A stretch of 64,000 nucleotides of DNA from an uncultured delta proteobacterium (GTDB lineage: Bacteria; Desulfobacterota; Binatia; Binatales; Binataceae). Location of the stretch: NCBI GenBank assembly GCA_963794325.1, contig CAWCDG010000005.1, positions 32,001-96,000 on the forward strand, read 5' to 3'. A model generated the notes under the pieces. The model was not told where the DNA came from and ran no database searches. It saw nothing but the letters and a program-made list of their open reading frames with translations. The position numbers and the translations under genes are program-made. Positions 42,577 through 51,478 of the stretch are shown here, in pieces (within the stretch, counting starts at the first letter, position 1; each line of letters begins with the position of its first letter).

Positions 42577-43284
42577 CTACTTCCCCTGCGGCGTTTGCCC
42601 GACCTGCCACAATTTCTCCGGCACGATTATCAGCCGCCGCCCGTCGCGAGTAATCACACCCTCGCGTTCGAAATCGTTGAGCTGCTCGGTAGTACGCTGG
42701 CGCGACGCGCCCACCAACTCCGCCAGATCCGCATGAGTCAGCTTGATCGTTAGCAACGTCCCGCGCGAGTCGCGCACGCCGAACTTTTCCGCCAACTCGA
42801 GCAGCGCACCCGCCAGCCGCTCGCGGAGTCCAAGCCCCACGAAGTTCGCGTACCGCACCAGCATTCCCCACCATCTCCCGACCGTCACGTCGAGTATGAT
42901 GCTCAGCCGATCGAGCGGCACGCCGAGCACAGTATCCACAAAAATTTCCGGCTTCACCACCGCGACGAGGCAATCGCTATACGCCTCGCATCGAAACGGC
43001 CGCGTGGTTTGCGGCAGCAGCGACGACAATCCGAACACCTCGCCCGGCCCGACGAAGCCGACCAGCACGCGCTGCTCGCGATTCACGTAACACAGCTTCG
43101 CCACGCCCGACAGCAGGATATAGACGTGACTCGACGCATCGCCTTCCTTGAAGATCGGCCCTTCGCGCCTCACCTTTAGCGCCTCCGACGCAGCCGCCAG
43201 ATGTGCTGCCTGATCTTCGCGCATCCACGACAGCGATTTGAGCCGCGTCAGGGATTTGGCATCAACTGCGACTTCCGCTACCAT
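42577..43284 (-). CDS. Crp/Fnr-family transcriptional regulator
   Basis: cNMP-type domain (GPGEVFG), RERLAGALL and HTH LTHADLAELVGASRQRTTEQLN. Confidence 0.92.
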   Translation of the reverse strand: MVAEVAVDAKSLTRLKSLSWMREDQAAHLAAASEALKVRREGPIFKEGDASSHVYILLSGVAKLCYVNREQRVLVGFVGPGEVFGLSSLLPQTTRPFRCEAYSDCLVAVVKPEIFVDTVLGVPLDRLSIILDVTVGRWWGMLVRYANFVGLGLRERLAGALLELAEKFGVRDSRGTLLTIKLTHADLAELVGASRQRTTEQLNDFEREGVITRDGRRLIIVPEKLWQVGQTPQGK

Positions 43285-43312
43285 GAACGTTAGCTAGCAC
43301 AATCGAAGTAAT

Positions 43313-43378
43313 TGTCGCGAATGTGACAGCTCCCGCGATTCTTTTCCTCGATATGCACCTTTTGTCACGGGTGCGACA
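43313..43378. promoter_or_regulatory. two Crp-family-type operator palindromes, TGTCR-N6-YGACA
   Basis: tgtcgcgaatgtgaca (43313-43328) and tgtcacgggtgcgaca (43363-43378) lie 50 bp apart in the divergent crp/pha spacer. Confidence 0.65.
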
Positions 43379-43475
43379 AACGTAAGCGTATCTAATGCTT
43401 GACGTAACTATCATATTACCGCAACTTACTTACGCCAAGACTGTGGAACATTCGAAGCAGAGAGAGGTAGTACCG

Positions 43476-44111
43476 ATGGCCAACAACAACGACAACCCAA
43501 GGAGCAAACTGAACTTCACCGACTCAAATTTTTCCGATGAGATCCTGAAACTCGCTCAGTGCCTGATGCCCGAGCCACCCACCACCAAAGTGAAGCGGCT
43601 CGTCGCAACCATCGCCGACAAGGGAATCGATCGCCAGCTTCATGAACTCGGCTGGAAGGCATACGATACCGTGGTCGGCGTTGCCAACAATGCAACCAAT
43701 CGCGTCTTCACCAGTCCGACCGTAGGCAACCTGCTCGGCGGTGCAGTCGATATCATGCTCCGATACCAGCGCTTCAATATGGCCGTCGCCGGCGCATTCT
43801 TCTCGGCGCTGTGGCCGGCCGTCGGTCTGCCTTCCGCAAGCGAAGTCGAGTCGCTCCGCGTTGACGTGCGTGCGATGCGCGAGGATCTGCGCGACGCCGT
43901 CGCCGATCGCGACACCAAAGACGACTTCGCCAGTGACCTGCACCGCGCGATCCGCGAGTCGATCATTAGCCCGCGAACAGTCGACCAGGCTGCCGCCCTC
44001 GAATCGATCGGCCACAAGCACGCCGAGAGGTCCGGCGTGTACCAGTTCTCGGTATGGTCCGGATGGCCCAGCGCAGACCCGATGGAGCACGGGGAAGATG
44101 TCGGCAATTAA
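43476..44111 (+). CDS. PhaE-like PHA synthase partner subunit (divergent)
   Basis: VGLPSASEVESLRVDVRAMREDL resembles the PhaE C-terminal LPTR.E motif; overlaps the phaC start. Confidence 0.5.
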   Translation: MANNNDNPRSKLNFTDSNFSDEILKLAQCLMPEPPTTKVKRLVATIADKGIDRQLHELGWKAYDTVVGVANNATNRVFTSPTVGNLLGGAVDIMLRYQRFNMAVAGAFFSALWPAVGLPSASEVESLRVDVRAMREDLRDAVADRDTKDDFASDLHRAIRESIISPRTVDQAAALESIGHKHAERSGVYQFSVWSGWPSADPMEHGEDVGN

Positions 44112-45162
44112 CGAAATCGCTTCGCTCTGGATGGAAGGCACGATGCGCACGCTCGACGCGTTCCGCACCGGCTTCGGCGCCACGATGGACGATCCGCCGC
44201 CCGCGACGCGATCGCGCGTCATCTATGAGTCCGGCCTCGTGCGGCTGCGCCACTACCGCGCCCTCGGCGAAAACCCCAAGCGCGTGCCGCTGCTGCTCAT
44301 CTACTCCCTGATCAAACGCCCCTTTATCCTCGACCTGCAGCCCGGCCGCAGCGTCGTCGAGTATCTCGTCAAACAAGGCTTCGACGTTTACCTGATCGAC
44401 TGGATTCCACCGCGGGCCGACGACAAGGGCCACGGCTTCGACGAGTACGTCAACGTCGACATCGCCAACGCCGTCCGCGCCATCCAGATTTACACCGGCA
44501 TCCAGCAGATCTCGATCCTCGGCTACTGCTTCGGCGCGCTGCTCGGCCTGATGTACAGCGCGCTGCACAGCGGCAACGTCAAGAATCTCGTCACCTTGAC
44601 CATCCCGCTCGACACCAGCCCGCGCCAGTTGCCCATCGAGCATCTGACGGCCGCGATGTCCTCGCGCAGCGCCAAGATGATCGTCGATATGTACGGCAAC
44701 GCGCCGGCCTGGATGATCTACTCGTTCTTCAACACCCTCGCGCCGACCCATCACATGCTCGACAAGTTCGTCGGCGCATATCGCAGCTCGGCGCGGCCCG
44801 GCTACCTCGACACCTTCAAGCTGTTCGAGCGATGGCTCCATAGCGACGTGCCGATGGCCGGTCGAATCTTCCTCGAGACCTCCGAGATGTGGCGCGAGAA
44901 TTCGCTGGTCAAGGGCACGATGAAAGTCGGCGCATCGATCGCGGACCTCGCCGGCATCAAGATGCCGTTGTTGAACGTCATCGGCGACCGCGACGACATC
45001 GTCAATCCCGCATCGAGCGAGCCGCTCCCCGATTTGGTATCGAGCGACGACAAACAGAATCTGCACTACCCAACGGGCCACATGGGCGCGGCGATCAGCG
45101 CCGACTCGCTCAAGCGTCTATGGCCCCAAATCGCCAATTGGCTGAGTGCCCGCGATGAGTGA
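44098..45162 (+). CDS. phaC: class III-type poly(hydroxyalkanoate) synthase
   Basis: RPFILDLQPGRS, DVYLIDW, lipase box GYCFG (Cys), Asp in GDRDDIV and His in TGHMG; about 354 aa. Confidence 0.85.
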   Translation: MSAINEIASLWMEGTMRTLDAFRTGFGATMDDPPPATRSRVIYESGLVRLRHYRALGENPKRVPLLLIYSLIKRPFILDLQPGRSVVEYLVKQGFDVYLIDWIPPRADDKGHGFDEYVNVDIANAVRAIQIYTGIQQISILGYCFGALLGLMYSALHSGNVKNLVTLTIPLDTSPRQLPIEHLTAAMSSRSAKMIVDMYGNAPAWMIYSFFNTLAPTHHMLDKFVGAYRSSARPGYLDTFKLFERWLHSDVPMAGRIFLETSEMWRENSLVKGTMKVGASIADLAGIKMPLLNVIGDRDDIVNPASSEPLPDLVSSDDKQNLHYPTGHMGAAISADSLKRLWPQIANWLSARDE

Positions 45163-45349
45163 AGAAACCAAAACACCAGGCTCAACGCACAAGCGGCAAA
45201 AGAAACGGACCGACAAAGGTCCCAAAGGAAACGTAGCGTCCCAGAAGATCGCTGACGCCGTCGGCGCGGCAGCGAAAACAATTTCGATCCACAACGTTAG
45301 CAAAACAAACGGCGGGCACGAGCCGCGCCGGCCATCAGGAGAAAAAGGA

Positions 45350-45610
45350 ATGTCAGAGCACAAAGGGAACGGTTCCGTGTTAGAGGGTCTTACCAGCAAC
45401 CTGAACATCGAGGGCGCCAAGAAGTTCGCCGCGTGGTATATCGACACCAGCGAGAAAGTCGCCAAGCAGGCAATCGACTTCCAGGCGCAGGCGACCAAGT
45501 GGGCGAAAGAAACCCCGCTCGCTCCAATTTTCGACGCACAGCTCGAATACGGCAAAAAGTTTGTCGAGCGCTCGGCCAGCGCCGCCCGCAGCCTCTGGCG
45601 CATCGAATAA
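45350..45610 (+). CDS. small phasin-like helical protein (start could be 45155)
   Basis: Amphipathic helical sequence directly after phaC; AGGAGAAAAAGG upstream of the ATG at 45350. Confidence 0.5.
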   Translation: MSEHKGNGSVLEGLTSNLNIEGAKKFAAWYIDTSEKVAKQAIDFQAQATKWAKETPLAPIFDAQLEYGKKFVERSASAARSLWRIE

Positions 45611-45634
45611 TCTTTTCAGTATTAAGGCCGCGCT

Positions 45635-45668
45635 CCGTTGTCGCGCGCGGAATCGCGCGCGACAACGG
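45635..45668. terminator. strong hairpin after the pha operon
   Basis: ccgttgtcgcgcgcg-gaat-cgcgcgcgacaacgg perfect inverted repeat; no clear U-tract. Confidence 0.6.
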
Positions 45669-45707
45669 TTGGCGCCCTCCTCTGAGAGTCGTTAGATTCT
45701 TCAGAGC

Positions 45708-46973
45708 ATGGCTTCAGAACTCGCATCAGCCAACTCAGCCAACGCGCATGAGATCTCCCGCGACGAGCTCCGCGCCCGCCTGCGTGATCCCTCGCTGACC
45801 ATCCTCGATGTACTGCCCCAGGCCTCGTTCGTCGAGGCCCACATACCCCGCGCCATCAACATTCCGCTCGAGCAGATTCCCACTCAGGCGCGCGAGATAC
45901 TCCCCGACCTCGATGCTGACATCGCGGTTTACTGCGGCAAATTCACCTGAACTCGCGCCCAGGAGGCGGTCGCCTCTTTGCGTGAGCTTGGTTACTCGAA
46001 GGTCCGCGAATATCGCGGCGGCCTCGAGGACTGGATCGAGGCAGACGGACCAACCGAGCGCGTGAACGACGAAGTCTCGGAGCCGAAACCTGACGCCACG
46101 CCCGAGATTGCCGGCCCTCCGCTGAGCGCTTCGCCCGACGGCGCCGTCGGCCGCGGCCCTGCGCGCCTCTCCCGGATGCGCCGGCTCGACAAGTCGGTTC
46201 TCGACCTCGTCCAGCAACGCTCCACTTTGCAGCTGTTCACAATCTGGCTCGCAATGATCCTGCTGACCGGCCTCGCCTACTGGCTTGGCGCGATGCTCGG
46301 CGAGCACGGCCTCGTCGAACAGAGGCGACCCGTCCAGGCCGACCTCAGCGGATTCGCAAGTGCGCTATATTTCAGTTTCGTCACCGCAACTTCCATCGGT
46401 TATGGCGACATCGTGCCGGTCGGCGTTGCGCGCGTGGTCGCTGTAGCGGAGGCGATTGCCGGACTGCTGATCTTCGGCGCGGTCGTCGCCAAGTTCGTCT
46501 CGCATCGACAGGAAGAGTTAGTGAGCGAAATTCACCGCGTCACCTTCGAAGAACGGCTCGACCGCATCGAGACCAATCTGCATATGGTTGTTTCGGAACT
46601 GCTCGCGGTCACTGCGATGGTCGAAGCGAAGGCGCCGCTGAATCGAGTCACCACCCGGCTCGAGAGCGCCGTCATCCTTTTTGTGAGCGAATTGCGCACC
46701 ACCCGCGACCTGCTCTACCAGCCGCGCCTGATGGTCGAGGAAGGCGTGCTGGCCGGGATTCTTGCCACCCTCGCGTCGGCCATGAACGTGCTGGCCGAAC
46801 TGCTCGCGCTACTGCCGGATGAATTCTCGCGCTCGCAGGGATTAACCATTACCCTCGATCGTGTCACTGGTCTGGCCGAGGAGGTTTGCGGCGATTGCGT
46901 CCCCCACTCCTACACCCCAAGGCTCGTATTCTGGATGGACCGAATCCAGGCCACCGCCAAACGAATCAGATAA
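45708..46973 (+). CDS. predicted selenoprotein: rhodanese domain (Sec at codon 81, TGA 45948-45950) fused to a 2-TM GYG potassium-channel pore
   Basis: In-frame read-through gives YCGKFT-U-TRAQEAVASLRELGYSKVREYRGGLEDW, completing the rhodanese fold; downstream ALYFSFVTATSIGYGDIVP pore; SECIS-like hairpin right after the TGA. Confidence 0.8.
45952..45986 (+). promoter_or_regulatory. bacterial SECIS-like stem-loop
   Basis: Lower stem ctcgcgc/gcgtgag, upper stem aggaggc/gcctctt, apical loop GGTC separated from the TGA by 17 nt. Confidence 0.75.
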
Positions 46974-47149
46974 TCCCAGTGGGGCGGGCCGCCGTGCCCG
47001 CAATTGACTTGAGAGTGGCGCGGCAAGAATACCTCGCCCGTTACTTCACGGGAGAGGAGGCCGGCCGCAACGCGGCCGGTAGGTGAGGGTTCCGCGATTC
47101 AATATGTAAGCGCGCCGCGACGCTGCCCTTTTTTTCTTGTCTTTCCCTC

Positions 47150-47435
47150 CTTGTGTCATTCAGAGCGAAAGTTGCTGTAGCGAAGAATCCCGAATCTGAG
47201 CGACCGGGATGATCGGTAACACTTTAGACCGGCATGATCGGTAACACTTTATCGGGGTTTGGCGGGGAGGAGCGCGAGGGGGGAGGCCGACGCTTCCAGC
47301 GTCGGGTGGGGGACTACATTTCCGGATTCCGAATATGCGGCGCCACAGACAATCGCGCCGCAATTGTCCCCCACCCTAACCCTCCCCCCACGAACGGGGG
47401 AGGGAATCAGATCGCTTAGCTCTGAATGACACAAG
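47150..47435. mobile_element. nested non-autonomous elements: GTCATTC-type REP/MITE with 17-bp perfect IRs enclosing an IS481-like terminal remnant and another hairpin repeat
   Basis: IR cttgtgtcattcagagc / gctctgaatgacacaag; internal 25-bp tandem gaccgg(g/c)atgatcggtaacacttta; the - strand translation ends KVLPIIPV as in IS481-type transposase tails. Confidence 0.55.
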
Positions 47436-47504
47436 AACTGAATGACACTGGAAAAAGAACCTGAGAGCAAAAGGGCGTCCTCGCCATTTTGCGATTAGTA
47501 CTAA

Positions 47505-47572
47505 GGTGCAGGGCTTAGCCCTGCCGAAGGAAGCGTGAAACCCACCGCGGGTTTCACATTAAATAAAGTGAT
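47505..47572. repeat. two-hairpin intergenic repeat, copy 2
   Basis: Direct repeat of 41663-41731 with an altered first loop. Confidence 0.88.
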
Positions 47573-48901
47573 CTACGCCGATTGCGCATGCGTGCGCGGC
47601 CGGATCGATTCCGCCAAATCGGCCGCGAACTTGCCCGCATCTTCGACTGGCATGGTCGATGCCGTCACGCGGATTCCGGGCGCGCTTTTGATTCGATAGC
47701 ACTCGCCCGCCCGAATCGCCCAGCCTTTCGATGCCATCGCGTTCACCACGCCCGCTTCTTCCGCGACCGGCACCCACACGTTCAGCCCCGAGCGTCCGCG
47801 CGCCTCGATTCCGTGATTAGCGAGCGCTTCGATCAGCGCGCGCCGGCGATGCGCATAAGTATCGGCCGCTCTCCTCAGAATCGCCGGCGTCGCCGTGTCC
47901 GCCCACATCATCGCGACCAGGTCTTGCAGGATATGACTGACCCATCGCGGACCGAGGCTCTGCCGCCCCTGCACTCGCGCCACCGTCAGCGCATCACCTG
48001 CGACTGCGCTCACTCGCAAATCGGGACCGAGCGACTTCGACACCGACCGCACTGTCGCCCAATCCTTGCGGCCTCCCGACAATGTAATCGCTGGAGCGCC
48101 CGAAACCGGCCCGGCGTGATCGTCCTCGATCAAGACGACATCCGGAAACCCGGCGAGCACGTGCTTTAACTCGGACGCGCGTTTTCGATCGAGTGCCGCA
48201 CCGCTGGGATTCTGCGCACGCGGGGTCAAAATGAAGGCCTTCGCGCCGAGTTTGAGCGCGCGATTCAAATCCGCGGCCATCGGCCCCGAATCGTCGATCG
48301 CAACCGGCTCCGCCACCAGCGCCATCGCCGCAACCAGGTCGAGCACGCCGGTGTAGCTGGGATCTTCGACCGCGACGACGTCGCCGGGCCGCAGATGCGC
48401 CTGCAGGACGCGCTCGATACCGTCGAGCGCGCCGCTGACCACCGCAATCGAATCAGCCGCGATACCATCGCTCTTGAATTGCCGCGCGGCCAGCTTCACC
48501 AGGGCGGCGCGATTCTCGGCGTCGCCGTATTTGCCTGGAATTCCGTCGAGCCGCGCGAGAAACAGCTTCAACTTCGGCAGCATCGCCGGATCAGGCCCGC
48601 CGTCCGCCAGATTTCGCAGCCCGGGAGCGGGCGGCGGAAAGACCGCCCGGGTCAACAGCGGCGGCCGCCGATTGACGACGGTGCCGCGACGCCCCGAGCC
48701 ATGCACCAATCCACGGACCCGCAGCGCGTTATACGCCGCCGCCACCGTGGTCGGGCTGACGCGCAGCTTCGTGGCCAGCGCGCGCACGGTCGGCAGCCGC
48801 TCGCCGGCCTGCAACTTTCCGCCACGAATTCCATCTTCGATGCTCGCGGCGATCTGGTTGCTTGAATCTCCGCGGATTTGATATTGTACCGATACGTTCA
48901 T
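47573..48901 (-). CDS. MocR/GntR-family PLP-dependent transcriptional regulator
   Basis: GERLPTVRALA...VSPTTVAAAY wHTH; PRAQNPSG, IEDD and SVSKSLGPDLR aminotransferase-like motifs. Confidence 0.92.
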   Translation of the reverse strand: MNVSVQYQIRGDSSNQIAASIEDGIRGGKLQAGERLPTVRALATKLRVSPTTVAAAYNALRVRGLVHGSGRRGTVVNRRPPLLTRAVFPPPAPGLRNLADGGPDPAMLPKLKLFLARLDGIPGKYGDAENRAALVKLAARQFKSDGIAADSIAVVSGALDGIERVLQAHLRPGDVVAVEDPSYTGVLDLVAAMALVAEPVAIDDSGPMAADLNRALKLGAKAFILTPRAQNPSGAALDRKRASELKHVLAGFPDVVLIEDDHAGPVSGAPAITLSGGRKDWATVRSVSKSLGPDLRVSAVAGDALTVARVQGRQSLGPRWVSHILQDLVAMMWADTATPAILRRAADTYAHRRRALIEALANHGIEARGRSGLNVWVPVAEEAGVVNAMASKGWAIRAGECYRIKSAPGIRVTASTMPVEDAGKFAADLAESIRPRTHAQSA

Positions 48902-48932
48902 AGTTACGTACTGTAACAAAGAGGCAAGGTAG

Positions 48933-49658
48933 ATGGAAGAGGCGACGCAGATCCCGCAGACGGCCAATCCGAACGACAGCAGCCACTCGATCGCGGCCAC
49001 CGATCGAACGCGCGTCAAGCGCCTGCCCAAGCGCGCTTCATACGACCGCGAAACCATCTACTCGATCCTCGATACCGCGCTGGTCTGCCACGTTGGTTTC
49101 GCAATCGATAGGCAACCCTACGTGATTCCCACGCTTCACGTTCGTATCGACGACCGTCTTTATATTCATGGATCGGCGGCGAGCCGGATGCTTGGCGCCG
49201 CGGCCGACGGCACGCCGCTAGCGGTCACGGTGACGCATATCGACGGCTTGGTGCTCGCGCGATCGGCGTTCCATCATTCGGTCAACTACCGTTCAGTCGT
49301 GATTCTGGGCAATGCGACCCTGGTCACCGATCCGGCTGAGAAGCTGATCGTGATGAAGGGGCTTATCGATCACGTTGCGCCGGGCCGATGGGACCATATT
49401 CGGCATCCGAACGCGAAGGAGCTCGGCGCGACGTCGGTTCTGTCGATTCCAATCGTCGAGGCGTCGGCGAAGCTCAGGAGCGGCGACCCGTTCGACGACG
49501 AAGCCGACTACGCGATGCCGATTTGGGCGGGACAGATTCCGTTTGCGACGGGAACGTTGACCCCGATCGCCGATGGACGCCTCGAGGCCTCGACACCGAT
49601 TCCTGCGCACGTAGCCGAGTACGCGTTGCCCTTGAATCGAGGAGCAAGAGTTACATGA
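48933..49658 (+). CDS. pyridoxamine 5'-phosphate oxidase-like flavin-binding protein
   Basis: LYIHGS and DGLVLARSAFHHSVNYRSV motifs; divergent from the MocR regulator. Confidence 0.88.
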   Translation: MEEATQIPQTANPNDSSHSIAATDRTRVKRLPKRASYDRETIYSILDTALVCHVGFAIDRQPYVIPTLHVRIDDRLYIHGSAASRMLGAAADGTPLAVTVTHIDGLVLARSAFHHSVNYRSVVILGNATLVTDPAEKLIVMKGLIDHVAPGRWDHIRHPNAKELGATSVLSIPIVEASAKLRSGDPFDDEADYAMPIWAGQIPFATGTLTPIADGRLEASTPIPAHVAEYALPLNRGARVT

Positions 49659-50111
49659 CCGCGATGGTAGTGATGGAGACGGGCAGATTCCTGATCAGCA
49701 CCGATCGGTCGAAGCTCGACGTCGATTTGATTCACCGGTTTCTCGCAGACTCGTACTGGGCGGCCGGAATTCCGCGTGAGACGGTCGTTCGCTCGATCGA
49801 AAACTCGCTGTGCTTCGGGGTTTACGACGATGCCCGCCAGGTCGGCTTCGCGCGCGTGATTTCCGACTTCGCGACCTATGCGTACCTCGCCGACGTGTTC
49901 ATCCTCGAGCCGTATCGCGAACGCGGGCTGGCCAAGGAGTTGATGGCGTCGATCATGGCGCATCCGGATTTGCAGGGGCTGCGGCGATGGAGCCTCGGCA
50001 CCCGCGACGCACAAGGGCTGTACGCGCAGTTCGGTTTCAAGCCGGTCGTCAACACGCGGGCGCGCTCTGGTCATGGAGATCGTGAACCCCGAGAGCTATT
50101 CGCGTTCTTGA
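49655..50111 (+). CDS. GNAT N-acetyltransferase; apparent frameshift near 50060-50070
   Basis: SYWAAGIP, GFARVISDFATYAYLADVF and TRDAQGLY motifs; the family-typical tail MEIVNPESY lies in the +1 frame ending at 50111. Confidence 0.8.
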
Positions 50112-50226
50112 ACGGGGCGCATCGACGTTCTATATAACAAGTGTTAGGGACCGCAGCCGGCGGCTGACGCCCGTCGTGGGCGCGGCCAGGACGCGCATTA
50201 CGCGGTCACCTCACGCGGAGGCAACA

Positions 50227-51420
50227 ATGGATTTCAAGTTCAGCGCCGAGGACGAGGCGTTTCGCGCGGAGTTCAGCGGCTGGCTCAAGGCTAACCTGCC
50301 CAAGGCGGGGAAGAGCGAAGACGACGGCGACTTCATGCGCGAAAGCAGCGCCGACGACTGGAAGCGGCGGGTCGAGTGGCACAAAAAAATGCACTCGGGC
50401 GGATGGGTCGGAATCAGCTGGCCCAGGGAATACGGCGGCCGCGGCGCGACGCTCACCCAGCAGATCATTTACAACGAGGAGTTGGCGAAAGTCAGCTCGC
50501 CGATGATGGTCAACGGCCTCGGCATCATGCTGGTCGGTCCGACGATCATCCATTGGGGCACCGAGGAGCAAAAGAAAAAACACATTCCGAAAATTCTTTC
50601 GGCCGACGAGCTTTGGTGCCAGGGATATTCCGAGCCCGGCGCCGGATCCGACGTGGCCAGCCTGCAGACGCGCGCGGTCGAGGAAGGCGACTACTTTATC
50701 GTCAACGGACAGAAGGTCTGGACCTCGGACGCGCATCACGCGGACATGTGCATCCTGTTGGTGCGCACCGATCCCGAGGCGCCCAAGCACAAGGGCATCA
50801 GTTACATCCTGGTGGACATGCACAGTCCCGGCGTGACGGTGCGTCCGCTGGTGCAGATCACGGGTGACGCGAATTTCAACGAAGTGTTTTTCGAAGATGT
50901 GAAGGTACCGAAGAAAAATCTGATCGGCGAGAAGAACCAGGGATGGCAGGTCGCGATCACGACGCTGATGTTCGAGCGCTCGGGAATCGGCGGAGGCCGC
51001 GACATGATGGGACAGGTCAAGGAGCTGGTCGAGCTGGCGAAGACGATTCGCAGCAACGGGCACACGGCGTGGAACGATACCAGCGTGCGCCAGAAGCTGG
51101 GAGGTTTCGCGTGCGAGGCGGCGGCGCTGCGCTACACGGGATTTCGGCAACTGACGCGGAGGCTCAAGGGTCTGCCGCCGGGGCCCGAGGGTTCGGTGCT
51201 CAAGCTATGCACCAGCGAACTGAATTTGCGGATGAACAAATTCGCGATGGAGATGCTCGGGCCGTACAGCCAGATGGAATTTCACGCGCCGCATGCGATG
51301 GACAAGGGTAAGTGGTCCTACCGGATGCTCGCATCGCGGGCGCTGACGATCGCGGGTGGCACCAGCGAAATCCAGCACAACATTATCGGCGAGCGCGTAC
51401 TGATGTTGCCCAAGGGCTAG
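50227..51420 (+). CDS. acyl-CoA dehydrogenase (FadE17/IpdE-like group)
   Basis: WCQGYSEPGAGSD, NGQKVWTS, FNEVFF and TIAGGTSEIQ motifs. Confidence 0.92.
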   Translation: MDFKFSAEDEAFRAEFSGWLKANLPKAGKSEDDGDFMRESSADDWKRRVEWHKKMHSGGWVGISWPREYGGRGATLTQQIIYNEELAKVSSPMMVNGLGIMLVGPTIIHWGTEEQKKKHIPKILSADELWCQGYSEPGAGSDVASLQTRAVEEGDYFIVNGQKVWTSDAHHADMCILLVRTDPEAPKHKGISYILVDMHSPGVTVRPLVQITGDANFNEVFFEDVKVPKKNLIGEKNQGWQVAITTLMFERSGIGGGRDMMGQVKELVELAKTIRSNGHTAWNDTSVRQKLGGFACEAAALRYTGFRQLTRRLKGLPPGPEGSVLKLCTSELNLRMNKFAMEMLGPYSQMEFHAPHAMDKGKWSYRMLASRALTIAGGTSEIQHNIIGERVLMLPKG

Positions 51421-51445
51421 TCACATTCTGCAGTGAGTACTTTAC

Positions 51446-51475
51446 GAAAGGCGGCCCGGAATCGGGTCGCCTTTC
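51446..51475. terminator. probable bidirectional terminator between convergent genes
   Basis: gaaaggcggcccg-gaat-cgggtcgcctttc hairpin. Confidence 0.65.
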
Positions 51476-51478
51476 CAG

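Noticed and set aside
42577-43284. Calling the regulator cooA or fnr
   Set aside because: No CooA heme-ligand motif, no N-terminal FNR Cys cluster and no coo genes nearby
45978-46973. Stand-alone K+ channel ORF starting at TTG 45978, with a separate 80-aa rhodanese ORF
   Set aside because: The split leaves each ORF with half a rhodanese domain. GGAGG at 45962 could act as an RBS but is sequestered in the hairpin. Read-through explains the data better, although internal initiation is not excluded.
47202-47251. 25-bp tandem repeat as a mini CRISPR array
   Set aside because: Only two adjacent copies, no spacer and no cas genes; it fits an IS terminal repeat
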